Source: Escherichia coli (lineage in GTDB: Bacteria > Pseudomonadota > Gammaproteobacteria > Enterobacterales > Enterobacteriaceae). Taken from it: a stretch of 64,000 nt of DNA. Numbering within the stretch: position 1 is the stretch's first letter; every line of letters starts with the position of its first letter. The stretch lies in the NCBI RefSeq assembly GCF_017348835.2, contig NZ_CP071375.1. The stretch is one strand, 5' to 3'. The translations under genes were made by a program, and so were the position numbers. Under the pieces are notes generated by a model that ran no database searches, was not told where the DNA came from, and saw only the letters and a program-made list of their open reading frames with translations. Positions 47,933 to 60,910 of this stretch are shown here, piece by piece.

Positions 47933-47980
47933 CAAGCAGGTCGGCTCAGCCGATGAGTTAAGAAGATCGTGGAGAACAAT

Positions 47981-49153
47981 ATGAGCGCAAATGCGGAGAC
48001 TCAAACCCCGCAGCAACCGGTAAAGAAGAGCGGCAAACGTAAGCGTCTGCTCCTCCTTCTCACCTTGCTCTTTATAATTATTGCCGTAGCGATAGGGATT
48101 TATTGGTTTTTGGTACTGCGTCATTTCGAAGAAACCGATGACGCATACGTGGCAGGGAATCAGATTCAAATTATGTCTCAGGTGTCTGGCAGCGTGACGA
48201 AAGTCTGGGCCGATAACACCGATTTTGTAAAAGAAGGCGATGTTCTGGTCACTCTCGACCCGACAGATGCTCGCCAGGCGTTTGAAAAAGCCAAAACTGC
48301 ACTGGCTTCCAGCGTTCGCCAAACCCACCAGCTGATGATTAACAGCAAGCAGTTGCAGGCGAATATTGAGGTGCAGAAAATCGCCCTCGCGAAAGCACAA
48401 AGCGACTACAACCGCCGTGTGCCGCTGGGCAATGCCAACCTGATTGGTCGCGAAGAGCTGCAACACGCCCGCGACGCCGTCACCAGTGCCCAGGCGCAAC
48501 TGGACGTCGCGATTCAACAATACAATGCCAATCAGGCGATGATTCTGGGGACTAAACTGGAAGATCAGCCAGCCGTGCAACAGGCTGCCACCGAAGTACG
48601 TAACGCCTGGCTGGCGCTGGAGCGTACTCGTATTGTCAGTCCGATGACCGGTTATGTCTCCCGCCGCGCGGTACAGCCTGGGGCGCAAATTAGCCCAACG
48701 ACGCCGCTGATGGCGGTCGTTCCAGCCACCAATATGTGGGTGGATGCCAACTTTAAAGAGACGCAGATTGCCAATATGCGTATCGGTCAGCCGGTCACTA
48801 TCACCACCGATATTTACGGCGATGATGTGAAATACACCGGTAAAGTGGTTGGTCTGGATATGGGCACAGGTAGCGCGTTCTCACTGCTTCCGGCGCAAAA
48901 TGCGACCGGTAACTGGATCAAAGTTGTTCAGCGTCTGCCTGTGCGTATCGAGCTGGACCAGAAACAGCTGGAGCAATACCCGCTGCGTATCGGTTTATCC
49001 ACGCTGGTGAGCGTCAATACCACTAACCGTGACGGTCAGGTACTGGCAAATAAAGTACGTTCCACTCCGGTAGCGGTAAGCACCGCGCGTGAAATCAGCC
49101 TGGCACCTGTCAATAAACTGATCGACGATATCGTAAAAGCTAACGCTGGCTAA
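47981..49153 (+). CDS. emrA: Multidrug efflux membrane-fusion protein EmrA
   Basis: Start at MSANAETQTPQQPVKKSGKRKR (390 aa); single N-terminal TM, HlyD-like coiled-coil. Confidence 0.95.
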   Translation: MSANAETQTPQQPVKKSGKRKRLLLLLTLLFIIIAVAIGIYWFLVLRHFEETDDAYVAGNQIQIMSQVSGSVTKVWADNTDFVKEGDVLVTLDPTDARQAFEKAKTALASSVRQTHQLMINSKQLQANIEVQKIALAKAQSDYNRRVPLGNANLIGREELQHARDAVTSAQAQLDVAIQQYNANQAMILGTKLEDQPAVQQAATEVRNAWLALERTRIVSPMTGYVSRRAVQPGAQISPTTPLMAVVPATNMWVDANFKETQIANMRIGQPVTITTDIYGDDVKYTGKVVGLDMGTGSAFSLLPAQNATGNWIKVVQRLPVRIELDQKQLEQYPLRIGLSTLVSVNTTNRDGQVLANKVRSTPVAVSTAREISLAPVNKLIDDIVKANAG

Positions 49154-49169
49154 TCCAGAGGTGCGTGTG

Positions 49170-50708
49170 ATGCAACAGCAAAAACCGCTGGAAGGCGCGC
49201 AACTGGTCATTATGACGATTGCGCTGTCACTAGCGACATTCATGCAGGTGCTGGACTCCACCATTGCTAACGTGGCGATCCCCACTATCGCTGGGAATCT
49301 GGGCTCATCGCTCAGCCAGGGAACGTGGGTAATCACTTCTTTCGGGGTGGCGAATGCCATCTCGATCCCGCTTACCGGCTGGCTGGCAAAGCGCGTCGGG
49401 GAAGTGAAACTGTTCCTCTGGTCAACCATCGCCTTTGCTATTGCGTCGTGGGCGTGTGGTGTCTCCAGCAGCCTGAATATGCTGATCTTCTTCCGCGTGA
49501 TTCAGGGGATTGTCGCCGGGCCGTTGATCCCGCTTTCGCAAAGTCTATTGCTGAATAATTACCCGCCAGCCAAACGCTCGATCGCGCTGGCGTTGTGGTC
49601 GATGACGGTGATTGTCGCGCCAATTTGCGGCCCAATCCTCGGCGGGTATATCAGCGATAATTACCACTGGGGCTGGATATTCTTCATCAACGTGCCGATT
49701 GGCGTGGCGGTGGTGTTGATGACACTGCAAACTCTGCGCGGACGTGAAACCCGCACCGAACGGCGGCGGATTGATGCCGTGGGGCTGGCACTGCTGGTTA
49801 TTGGTATAGGCAGCCTGCAGATTATGCTCGACCGCGGTAAAGAGCTGGACTGGTTTTCATCACAGGAAATTATCATCCTTACCGTGGTGGCGGTGGTGGC
49901 TATCTGCTTCCTGATTGTCTGGGAGCTGACCGACGATAACCCGATAGTCGATCTGTCGTTGTTTAAGTCGCGCAACTTCACCATCGGCTGTTTGTGTATC
50001 AGCCTCGCGTATATGCTCTACTTCGGCGCGATTGTTCTGCTGCCGCAGTTGTTGCAGGAGGTCTACGGTTACACGGCGACCTGGGCAGGTTTGGCCTCTG
50101 CGCCGGTAGGGATTATTCCAGTGATACTGTCGCCGATTATCGGCCGCTTCGCGCATAAACTGGATATGCGCCGACTGGTAACCTTCAGCTTTATTATGTA
50201 TGCCGTCTGCTTCTACTGGCGTGCCTATACCTTTGAACCAGGTATGGATTTTGGCGCGTCGGCCTGGCCGCAGTTTATCCAGGGGTTTGCGGTGGCCTGC
50301 TTCTTTATGCCGCTGACCACCATTACGCTGTCTGGTTTGCCACCGGAACGACTGGCGGCAGCATCGAGCCTCTCCAACTTTACGCGTACGCTGGCGGGGT
50401 CGATCGGCACATCGATAACCACGACCATGTGGACTAACCGTGAGTCGATGCACCATGCGCAGTTGACTGAGTCGGTAAACCCGTTCAACCCGAATGCCCA
50501 GGCGATGTACAGTCAACTGGAAGGGCTTGGGATGACGCAACAGCAGGCCTCCGGCTGGATTGCCCAGCAGATCACTAACCAGGGGCTGATTATTTCCGCC
50601 AATGAGATCTTCTGGATGTCAGCTGGGATATTCCTCGTCCTGCTGGGGCTGGTGTGGTTTGCTAAACCGCCATTTGGCGCAGGTGGCGGCGGAGGCGGTG
50701 CGCACTAA
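49170..50708 (+). CDS. emrB: Multidrug efflux MFS pump EmrB (14-TM)
   Basis: Start at MQQQKPLEGAQLVIMTIALSLATFMQVLD (512 aa). Confidence 0.95.
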   Translation: MQQQKPLEGAQLVIMTIALSLATFMQVLDSTIANVAIPTIAGNLGSSLSQGTWVITSFGVANAISIPLTGWLAKRVGEVKLFLWSTIAFAIASWACGVSSSLNMLIFFRVIQGIVAGPLIPLSQSLLLNNYPPAKRSIALALWSMTVIVAPICGPILGGYISDNYHWGWIFFINVPIGVAVVLMTLQTLRGRETRTERRRIDAVGLALLVIGIGSLQIMLDRGKELDWFSSQEIIILTVVAVVAICFLIVWELTDDNPIVDLSLFKSRNFTIGCLCISLAYMLYFGAIVLLPQLLQEVYGYTATWAGLASAPVGIIPVILSPIIGRFAHKLDMRRLVTFSFIMYAVCFYWRAYTFEPGMDFGASAWPQFIQGFAVACFFMPLTTITLSGLPPERLAAASSLSNFTRTLAGSIGTSITTTMWTNRESMHHAQLTESVNPFNPNAQAMYSQLEGLGMTQQQASGWIAQQITNQGLIISANEIFWMSAGIFLVLLGLVWFAKPPFGAGGGGGGAH

Positions 50709-50716
50709 GTACAACT

Positions 50717-50744
50717 AAGCCAGTTCATTTGAACTGGCTTTTTT
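50717..50744 (+). terminator. Intrinsic terminator after emrB
   Basis: AAGCCAGTTCA-TT-TGAACTGGCTT hairpin followed by TTTTT. Confidence 0.6.
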
Positions 50745-50771
50745 CAATTAATTGTGAAGATAGTTTACTGA

Positions 50772-51287
50772 CTAAATGTGCAGTTCCTGCAACTTCTCTT
50801 TCGGCAGCGCCAGTTCTTCGTTGCTGTTGATGCGCACGTCACGTTCCAGAATGCTACGCGCAACATCCTGTGCTTCCTGCAACGAGTGCATCTGGTAAGT
50901 GCCACACTGGTAGACGTTCAGTTCCGGGATCTGATTCTGATCCTGCACTTTCAGCACGTCTTCCATTGCCGCTTTCCAGGCATCAGCAACACGCTGCTCA
51001 TCTGGCGTACCAATCAGACTCATATAAAAACCGGTGCGGCAGCCCATTGGCGAGATATCGATAATCTCTACACCATTACCGTTAAGATGGTTACGCATAA
51101 AACCAGCAAACAGGTGCTCCAGAGTATGGATCCCTCTTTCTGGCATCACTTCTTTGTTCGGCACGCAGAAGCGCAGATCGAACACGGTGATTGCGTCGCC
51201 ATGCGGGGTGTTCATTGTTTTCGCCACCCGAACTGCAGGCGCTTCCATCCGGGTATGATCGACTGTGAAGCTATCTAACAACGGCAT
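50772..51287 (-). CDS. luxS: S-ribosylhomocysteine lyase LuxS (AI-2 synthesis)
   Basis: 171 aa, [25 protein letters not shown]...; metal-binding HTLEH motif. Confidence 0.97.
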   Translation of the reverse strand: MPLLDSFTVDHTRMEAPAVRVAKTMNTPHGDAITVFDLRFCVPNKEVMPERGIHTLEHLFAGFMRNHLNGNGVEIIDISPMGCRTGFYMSLIGTPDEQRVADAWKAAMEDVLKVQDQNQIPELNVYQCGTYQMHSLQEAQDVARSILERDVRINSNEELALPKEKLQELHI

Positions 51288-51355
51288 TTAGCCACCTCCG
51301 GTAATTTTTTTAAAAATTTTCTGAACTCTTTCTTCCCAGGCGAGTCTGAGTATAT

Positions 51356-51433
51356 GAAAGACGCGCATTTGTTATCATCATCCCTGAATTCAGAGATGAA
51401 ATTTTGGCCACTCACGAGTGGCCTTTTTCTTTT
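51356..51433 (+). ncRNA. micA: MicA (SraD) small regulatory RNA
   Basis: GAAAGACGCGCATTTGTTATCATCATCCCTGAATTCAGAGATGAAATTTTGGCCACTCACGAGTGGCCTTTTTCTTTT in the luxS-gshA intergenic region; terminator hairpin plus U-tract. Confidence 0.82.
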
Positions 51434-51436
51434 CTG

Positions 51437-53020
<1,584 letters not shown>

Positions 53021-53065
53021 TTAATTAGCATAACTGTAATGGTGACCATATGTGCAGGCCTACAA

Positions 53066-53494
53066 TTAGTGCCACCACATCATGCCCTGAACGGTCGCTG
53101 CTGCAACTGCAACATAGCGTAACGCTTTACCAAGGCACAAAAAAAAGATTACCGGCCCCCAGGAGATGCGCATCCATCCCGCTAACAGACACAGTAAATC
53201 GCCAACCACGGGCATCCAGCTTAATAATAGCGTGACTGCACCATAGCGTTTCAGCCAGCCGGTAGCTTTCTCTTGCCAGCGCGATGTTTTACGCAATGGA
53301 AAGAAACGCCCAAGGATAACGTTAGTTAACCCTCCAAGGCTATTACCCATTGTTGCTGTTAAAACTAAAACCCAGGGATGACTGATCCCGGAAAGCAACA
53401 TTGCCACCAGCACGACTTCGGAGTTGCCGGGTAATAGTGTAGCGCTGAGAAAACTACTGGCAAACAACGAGAAAAGCGATAACGCTTCACTCAC
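53066..53494 (-). CDS. yqaA: DedA/SNARE-associated family inner membrane protein YqaA
   Basis: 142-aa membrane protein; overlaps yqaB stop by 4 bp. Confidence 0.88.
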   Translation of the reverse strand: MSEALSLFSLFASSFLSATLLPGNSEVVLVAMLLSGISHPWVLVLTATMGNSLGGLTNVILGRFFPLRKTSRWQEKATGWLKRYGAVTLLLSWMPVVGDLLCLLAGWMRISWGPVIFFLCLGKALRYVAVAAATVQGMMWWH

Positions 53495-54057
53495 AGCAAG
53501 CGAACATCCACAGCGTCCATGCCTGCTGCACGGGCCGCCTGAATACCGAAATCGGCATCTTCAAAGACCACACACTGCGTCGGTTGCACGCCCATACGCT
53601 GCGCGCACAACAAAAATGTGTCTGGCGCGGGTTTATGGTGTTTGACGTGATCAGCAGCGACGACGGCGTCAAAATAACGGCGTAATCCCAGGTGCGCCAG
53701 CAATGCCTCAGCGATGGCGCTTTCACTCCCCGTTCCTACAGCCATTGGGCGACGACCATGCCAACCTTTCACCACATCAACAAGAGGAAGCGGTTCGACG
53801 CTATCCAGCAGCATACTTCTTACTGCTTCTGTTTTTTCACGCGCTAACGCATGCGGGTCGAGATCGGCCTGATTCAGCTCAATAATTGCCTGAGCAATAC
53901 GCCAGGTGGGCGATCCATTAAGCGCAATCATCGCCTGAACATCGTACTGAAGACCGTAGTGCCCTAATACTTCGCGCCACGCTTTACGGTGCGTAGGCTC
54001 CGTATCCAGGATTGTGCCATCCATATCAAAAATTAAACCTGCATAACGCTCGTACAT
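53491..54057 (-). CDS. yqaB: HAD-superfamily sugar phosphatase YqaB
   Basis: 188 aa; HAD motif I GLIFDMDGTILDTE near N-terminus. Confidence 0.88.
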   Translation of the reverse strand: MYERYAGLIFDMDGTILDTEPTHRKAWREVLGHYGLQYDVQAMIALNGSPTWRIAQAIIELNQADLDPHALAREKTEAVRSMLLDSVEPLPLVDVVKGWHGRRPMAVGTGSESAIAEALLAHLGLRRYFDAVVAADHVKHHKPAPDTFLLCAQRMGVQPTQCVVFEDADFGIQAARAAGMDAVDVRLL

Positions 54058-54202
54058 GGTCTTCTCGCAAGTCGAAAAATATGACGCTACTTTAGCGTAA
54101 TTGCTTGATTTTGTCGCTGATGGCGAAGGAGAAGAAAATTCAGGAAATGGATAAAGTAGTTATTTAGAAATGAGATATTTTTGAAGGAAATTTTTTGGAG
54201 AA

Positions 54203-54337
54203 GATGGTGCATCCGGGAGGATGACTCACTGGCGTTCGCCCTTCGGGCCGTTGCTAAAGCAACGTTATCCTTCCTGGTGCCTGCGATTAATTCCGCTACC
54301 TCTTCGATATCTTCATTGCTGAAGATTTCGGAGAATA
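54203..54337 (-). repeat. About 135-bp tRNA-linked repeat (copy 1): tRNA-Arg 3'-end mimic plus long hairpin, downstream of argQ
   Basis: Begins with tRNA-Arg acceptor-like TGGTGCATCCGGGAGGAT; inverted repeat CCGGGAGGAT...ATCCTTCCTGG; near-identical to copy 2. Confidence 0.6.
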
Positions 54338-54414
54338 TGGTGCATCCGGGAGGATTCGAACCTCCGACCGCTCGGTTCGTAGCCGAGTACTCTATCCAGC
54401 TGAGCTACGGATGC
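54338..54414 (-). tRNA. argQ: tRNA-Arg (anticodon ACG)
   Basis: Reverse complement GCATCCGTAGCTCAGCTGGATAGAGTACTCGGCTACGAACCGAGCGGTCGGAGGTTCGAATCCTCCCGGATGCACCA. Confidence 0.93.
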
Positions 54415-54475
54415 ATCGGGAAAATTTATTTTACTGCTGATATTGATATCGCTACTAAAGCCATATCAAGTAAGA

Positions 54476-54612
54476 GATGGTGCACCAGGGAGGATTACTC
54501 GCCTTGCGGCTCGCCCTTCGGGCCGTTGCTGGCGCAACGTTATCCTCCCTGGTGCCTGCGGTTAATTCCGCTACCTCTTCGATATCTTCATTGCTGAAGA
54601 TTTCGGAGAATA
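54476..54612 (-). repeat. About 135-bp tRNA-linked repeat (copy 2) between argZ and argQ
   Basis: TGGTGCACCAGGGAGGAT ... ATCCTCCCTGGTGC perfect 13-bp inverted repeat enclosing about 45 nt; shares the 3' 60 bp with copy 1. Confidence 0.6.
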
Positions 54613-54689
54613 TGGTGCATCCGGGAGGATTCGAACCTCCGACCGCTCGGTTCGTAGCCGAGTACTCTATCCAGCTGAGCTACGGATGC
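54613..54689 (-). tRNA. argZ: tRNA-Arg (anticodon ACG)
   Basis: Sequence identical to argQ copy. Confidence 0.93.
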
Positions 54690-54751
54690 ATCGGGAAATT
54701 AATTTTACTGCTGATATTGATACCGCTACTAAAGCCATATCAAGTAAGAGA

Positions 54752-54828
54752 TGGTGCATCCGGGAGGATTCGAACCTCCGACCGCTCGGTTCGTAGCCGA
54801 GTACTCTATCCAGCTGAGCTACGGATGC
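54752..54828 (-). tRNA. argY: tRNA-Arg (anticodon ACG)
   Basis: Sequence identical to argQ copy. Confidence 0.93.
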
Positions 54829-54892
54829 ATCGGGAAACTTACTTTACTGCATATTTTTTGATACCGCTACTAAAGCCGTATCAAGTAAGAGA

Positions 54893-54969
54893 TGGTGCAT
54901 CCGGGAGGATTCGAACCTCCGACCGCTCGGTTCGTAGCCGAGTACTCTATCCAGCTGAGCTACGGATGC
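54893..54969 (-). tRNA. argV: tRNA-Arg (anticodon ACG)
   Basis: Sequence identical to argQ copy. Confidence 0.93.
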
Positions 54970-54972
54970 AAA

Positions 54973-55065
54973 TGGCGGTGAGGCGGGGATTCGAACCCCG
55001 GATGCAGCTTTTGACCGCATACTCCCTTAGCAGGGGAGCGCCTTCAGCCTCTCGGCCACCTCACC
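54973..55065 (-). tRNA. serV: tRNA-Ser (anticodon GCU), long variable arm
   Basis: Reverse complement GGTGAGGTGGCCGAGAGGCTGAAGGCGCTCCCCTGCTAAGGGAGTATGCGGTCAAAAGCTGCATCCGGGGTTCGAATCCCCGCCTCACCGCCA. Confidence 0.93.
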
Positions 55066-55380
55066 ACACGCCTCTTACGAGTGCTTCGAAGAACTTGCTT
55101 ATCGCTCATCGTCGCTGCGTGGCGCACATATTACTTTCTGAGACTTATAAGTCAAACAATTTTTCCCACACTTTTATCGTTTGCACACTTCACGCTCAAT
55201 TAGTCTGTAAAAACGTCAAAAAGAGTGTTTTATCAACAGAAAAACGGAGGTCTGACAGATAGCAGTAATGTAAAAAAATGGAGACTTAAGTTGAATGAAC
55301 GGGAGTAAAGCGAAAAGACTATAGAGTGAAGGAGAAATTTTTAGGGTGCGTCTCACCGATAAAGATGAGACGCGGAAAGA

Positions 55381-55566
55381 TTAGTAACTGGACTGCTGGG
55401 ATTTTTCAGCCTGGATACGCTGGTAGATCTCTTCACGGTGAACAGAAACTTCCTTCGGGGCATTTACGCCAATACGTACCTGGTTGCCCTTTACCCCTAA
55501 AACTGTCACGGTGACCTCATCCCCAATCATGAGGGTCTCACCAACTCGACGAGTCAGAATCAGCAT
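55381..55566 (-). CDS. csrA: Carbon storage regulator CsrA
   Basis: 61 aa, [61 protein letters not shown]. Confidence 0.98.
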
Positions 55567-55800
55567 TCTTTGCTCCTTGAAAGATTAAAAGAGTCGGGTC
55601 TCTCTGTATCCCGGCATTATCCATCATATAACGCCAAAAAGTAAGCAATGACAAACACATTACATCTAAGCAGTCATGGCATTACATTCTGTTAAACCTA
55701 AGTTTAGCCGATATACACAACTTCAACCTGACTTTATCGTTGTCGATAGCGTTAATGCGAATGCCGTGAAGCGAGTCCACGGCATTGCCTGACGCTTATA

Positions 55801-58431
55801 TTATTGCAATTTCGCGCTGACCCAGCCTTTCACACTGGCTAACGCTGCAGGTAAGGCCGCAGCATCCGTACCACCGGCTTGCGCCATGTCAGGACGTCCA
55901 CCACCCTTGCCGCCCACCTGCTGAGCGACCATACCAATCAGCTCCCCTGCTTTCACACGATCTGTGACGTCCTTAGATACGCCTGCAATCAGAGAAACCT
56001 TACCTTCGGCTACCGTTGCCAGCACGATAATTGTCGACCCCAGCTGATTTTTTAAATCGTCAACCATGGTACGCAACATTTTCGGCTCAACACCGCTAAG
56101 CTCGCTAACCAACAGCTTAACACCATTAACATCAATTGCCTTACTGGAAAGATTTGCGCTCTCCTGTGCGGCAGCTTGTTCTTTAAGCTGTTGTAGTTCT
56201 TTTTCTAACTGACGCGTACGTTCCAGTACTGAGCGCACTTTATCAGCCAGATTATTGCTATCGCCTTTCAGCAGATGCGCGACTTCGCTTAAGCGATCGC
56301 TGTCTGCATGAACGGTGGCGATAGCACCTTCTCCGGTTACCGCTTCGATACGACGAACGCCTGCAGCAGTACCCGATTCAGAGATGATGCGGAACAGACC
56401 AATATCACCAGTGCGGCTGGCGTGAGTACCGCCACACAGCTCGGTGGAGAAATCGCCCATGCTCAGCACGCGTACGCGCTCATCATACTTCTCGCCGAAC
56501 AGCGCCATCGCACCTTTCGCTTTCGCCGCTTCGAGATCCATGATGTTGGTTTCGATCGGCAAATTGCGACGAATCTGTGCGTTCACCAGGTCTTCGACCG
56601 CACGAATCTCTTCTGGTTTCATCGCTTCGTTGTGTGAGAAGTCGAAGCGCAGCACCTTGTCGTTAACCAGTGAACCTTTCTGCGATACATGAGTACCCAG
56701 AACCTGGCGCAGCGCAGCGTGCATCAGGTGCGTTGCGGAGTGATTCAGACGAATACGGGCGCGACGAGCCTCATCAACATCAGCCTGCACAGCGTCGCCC
56801 ACTTTCAGAGAACCCGCAGCAAGTTTACCGATGTGACCAATCGCCTGGCCGTATTTCTGCGTATCTTCCACCACGAAGGAGAAGTTAGCGCCTTTCAGTT
56901 CGCCTTTATCACCAACCTGACCGCCGGATTCCGCATAGAATGGCGTTTGATCCAGCACGACCACAGCTTCCTGGCCTGCATTGATGGCATCAACCGCTTT
57001 ACCATCAACAAACAGCGCAGTCACTTTGCCGTTCAGTTCCAGATGGTCATAGCCTTTAAATTCAGATGCACTGTCAACACGGATCATTGCGTTGTAATCG
57101 GCACCAAAGCCGCTGGCTTCGCGCGCGCGACGACGCTGCTCTTCCATTGCAGCTTCAAAACCAGCTTCGTCAACTTTGATGTTGCGCTCACGACAAACAT
57201 CAGCCGTCAGGTCAACCGGGAAGCCATAGGTGTCGTACAGACGGAAAGCAGTTTCACCATCCAGCGTATCACCAGAAAGTTTTGCCAGCTCTTCATCCAG
57301 CAACGCCAGACCGCGCTCCAGAGTACGAGCAAACTGCTCTTCTTCAGTCTTCAGCACCTGCTCAACCTGCGCCTGCTGGCGTTTCAGGTCTTCACCCGCA
57401 GAGCCCATAACGTCGATCAGCGGACCAACCAGTTTGTAGAAGAAGGTTTCTTTCGCGCCGAGCATATTACCGTGACGCACTGCGCGACGAATGATACGAC
57501 GCAGTACATAACCACGGTTTTCATTGGACGGCATTACGCCATCCGCGATCAGGAACGCACAAGAACGAATGTGGTCAGCGATTACGCGCAGCGATTTATT
57601 GCTCAGATCGGTTGCGCCAGTGACTTTCGCTACCGCCTGGATCAACGTGCGGAACAGGTCGATGTCATAGTTAGAGTTAACGTGTTGCAGCACCGCAGCA
57701 ATACGCTCCAGACCCATACCGGTATCTACAGACGGTTTCGGCAGCGGTTCCATCGTGCCATCGGCCTGGCGGTTGAACTGCATGAAGACGATGTTCCAGA
57801 TCTCAATGTAGCGGTCGCCGTCTTCTTCCGGACTTCCCGGAGGGCCACCCCAAATGTGGTCGCCGTGATCGTAGAAGATTTCGGTGCACGGGCCGCACGG
57901 ACCAGTGTCACCCATCTGCCAGAAGTTGTCAGATGCGTATGGCGCACCTTTGTTATCGCCGATGCGAATAATACGTTCGCGCGGGATCCCTACTTCTTTT
58001 TCCCAGATTTCGTAGGCTTCGTCGTCGCTTTCATAGACGGTAACCCACAGACGCTCTTTCGGCAGGGCAAACCATTTTTCGCTGGTCAGCAGTTCCCATG
58101 CAAACTGAATGGCATCGTGTTTGAAATAGTCGCCGAAGCTGAAGTTGCCCAGCATTTCGAAGAAGGTATGGTGACGCGCGGTGTAACCGACGTTTTCCAG
58201 GTCGTTGTGTTTACCACCCGCACGCACGCAGCGTTGGGAAGTGGTAGCGCGGGAATAATTACGCTTGTCGAGCCCAAGGAACACATCCTTGAACTGGTTC
58301 ATCCCGGCGTTGGTAAACAACAAAGTTGGGTCGTTATGGGGTACCAGGGAGCTGCTGGCAACTACCTGATGTCCCTTACTATGGAAAAAGTCGAGAAACG
58401 CCTGACGGATCTCAGCGGTGCTCTTGCTCAT
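55801..58431 (-). CDS. alaS: Alanine--tRNA ligase AlaS
   Basis: 876 aa, [31 protein letters not shown]... Confidence 0.97.
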   Translation of the reverse strand: MSKSTAEIRQAFLDFFHSKGHQVVASSSLVPHNDPTLLFTNAGMNQFKDVFLGLDKRNYSRATTSQRCVRAGGKHNDLENVGYTARHHTFFEMLGNFSFGDYFKHDAIQFAWELLTSEKWFALPKERLWVTVYESDDEAYEIWEKEVGIPRERIIRIGDNKGAPYASDNFWQMGDTGPCGPCTEIFYDHGDHIWGGPPGSPEEDGDRYIEIWNIVFMQFNRQADGTMEPLPKPSVDTGMGLERIAAVLQHVNSNYDIDLFRTLIQAVAKVTGATDLSNKSLRVIADHIRSCAFLIADGVMPSNENRGYVLRRIIRRAVRHGNMLGAKETFFYKLVGPLIDVMGSAGEDLKRQQAQVEQVLKTEEEQFARTLERGLALLDEELAKLSGDTLDGETAFRLYDTYGFPVDLTADVCRERNIKVDEAGFEAAMEEQRRRAREASGFGADYNAMIRVDSASEFKGYDHLELNGKVTALFVDGKAVDAINAGQEAVVVLDQTPFYAESGGQVGDKGELKGANFSFVVEDTQKYGQAIGHIGKLAAGSLKVGDAVQADVDEARRARIRLNHSATHLMHAALRQVLGTHVSQKGSLVNDKVLRFDFSHNEAMKPEEIRAVEDLVNAQIRRNLPIETNIMDLEAAKAKGAMALFGEKYDERVRVLSMGDFSTELCGGTHASRTGDIGLFRIISESGTAAGVRRIEAVTGEGAIATVHADSDRLSEVAHLLKGDSNNLADKVRSVLERTRQLEKELQQLKEQAAAQESANLSSKAIDVNGVKLLVSELSGVEPKMLRTMVDDLKNQLGSTIIVLATVAEGKVSLIAGVSKDVTDRVKAGELIGMVAQQVGGKGGGRPDMAQAGGTDAAALPAALASVKGWVSAKLQ

Positions 58432-58558
58432 AATTATCCTGAAATCAAGCTAACGAAATATCGCCACCAGCTCCAGCGTGTCTTAACCGCCGGGCTGGTA
58501 ACTGAAAAGTGGGAATAAGATAAGTTTTCTTGACTGGGAAGTAAAATACCGTATGCGT

Positions 58559-59059
58559 TCAGTCGGCAAAATTTCGCCAAATATCCTGGATATCTTCCAT
58601 CAGATAGCCACGATAGAGCAGAAAACGCTGGATCTTAACTTTTTCTGAAAAGACAGTTGGCAAAGGTTCACCATATTTTCGCGTCGCCTGATCGCGCGCC
58701 AGTGCGCACCAGTCGATGTCACATTCACGCATCGCTTTTTCTGTCGCTTCGCGGGAAATACCTTTCTGATTCAGTTCCTGGCGAATACGCGCAGGTCCAT
58801 AACCTTTGCGGCTACGGCTGGCGATAAAGCGCGCAACAAATCGGCTGTCATCGAGATAGCCATGTTCATGGCACCAGGCAATAACGCGCTCGTAATCTTC
58901 TGCCGTAGCATCAATCTCTTCTGGGCCATTTTTGCCCATAATCGGTGCCGCGAGTTTACGTCGCAGTTCTTGCTCACTGTGATCGCGCACCGCCAGAATG
59001 CGTACCGCACGATCCAACAGGCGAGCATATGCCGGGCGACGGGACGTTGATTCTGTCAT
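58559..59059 (-). CDS. recX: RecA regulator RecX
   Basis: 166 aa directly downstream of recA. Confidence 0.95.
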   Translation of the reverse strand: MTESTSRRPAYARLLDRAVRILAVRDHSEQELRRKLAAPIMGKNGPEEIDATAEDYERVIAWCHEHGYLDDSRFVARFIASRSRKGYGPARIRQELNQKGISREATEKAMRECDIDWCALARDQATRKYGEPLPTVFSEKVKIQRFLLYRGYLMEDIQDIWRNFAD

Positions 59060-59127
59060 GGCATATCCTTACAACTTAAAAAAGCAAAAGGGCCGCAGAT
59101 GCGACCCTTGTGTATCAAACAAGACGA

Positions 59128-60268
<1,141 letters not shown>

Positions 60269-60766
60269 TCAAGTGTTTTGTAGAAATTGTTGCCACAAGG
60301 TCTGCAATGCATACGCAGTAGCCTGACGACGCACCGCATCACGGTCGCCGCTGAAGCATTCCCGCCGGGTAATGCCTTCACCGCGGGCAGTGGCAAAAGC
60401 AAACCAGACGGTGCCGACAGGCTTCTCTTCACTGCCGCCATCCGGCCCGGCGATACCACTAATAGACACGGCGTAATCAGCACGAGCCGCTTTCAGTGCG
60501 CCTATCGCCATTTCCACCACGACGGGTTCGCTCACCGCGCCATGCTGCGCCAGCGTCTCTTCGCGTACGCCGATCATTTGCGCTTTGGCTTCGTTACTGT
60601 AGGTGACAAATCCGCGTTCAAACCAGGCGGAACTGCCGGCAATATCGGTAATCACTTTCGCTACCCAACCGCCGGTACAAGACTCAGCAGTTGTTACGGT
60701 TGCGCCACGGGCTTTCAGCGCCTGCCCAACCTGTTCGCTTAACTGCATCAGTTCACTGTCAGTCAT
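60269..60766 (-). CDS. pncC: NMN amidohydrolase PncC (YgaD, CinA-like)
   Basis: Start at MTDSELMQLSEQVGQALKARGATVTTAESCTGGW (165 aa). Confidence 0.9.
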   Translation of the reverse strand: MTDSELMQLSEQVGQALKARGATVTTAESCTGGWVAKVITDIAGSSAWFERGFVTYSNEAKAQMIGVREETLAQHGAVSEPVVVEMAIGALKAARADYAVSISGIAGPDGGSEEKPVGTVWFAFATARGEGITRRECFSGDRDAVRRQATAYALQTLWQQFLQNT

Positions 60767-60910
60767 CACAACCTCTGTCAGTCAAAAATTTATGCCGGAC
60801 AAGATAGCACTTTCGTCAGGAAGATGGTGTTGGCGTTGCAATTTTACGAGGAGGATTCAGAAAAAAGCTGATTAGCCAGAGGGAAGCTCACGCCCCCCTC
60901 TTGCAAATAG

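Noticed and set aside
47882-48688. 268-aa minus-strand ORF overlapping emrA
   Set aside because: Antisense to emrA with no start context or domain signature.
54338-55065. Regularly spaced repeats that could suggest a CRISPR array
   Set aside because: The repeated units are 77-nt tRNA-Arg genes with cloverleaf structure and CCA ends, not 28-37-bp CRISPR repeats; no cas genes are nearby.
54181-55262. ORFs of 138 and 261 aa predicted across the tRNA cluster
   Set aside because: They run through five tRNA genes and their spacers on the opposite strand; the translations contain repeated tRNA-derived peptides; not coding.
56689-58518. 609-aa plus-strand ORF spanning most of alaS
   Set aside because: Lies antisense to the well-conserved alaS gene; long antisense ORFs are common opposite highly expressed genes; the translation is low-complexity with no recognisable domain.
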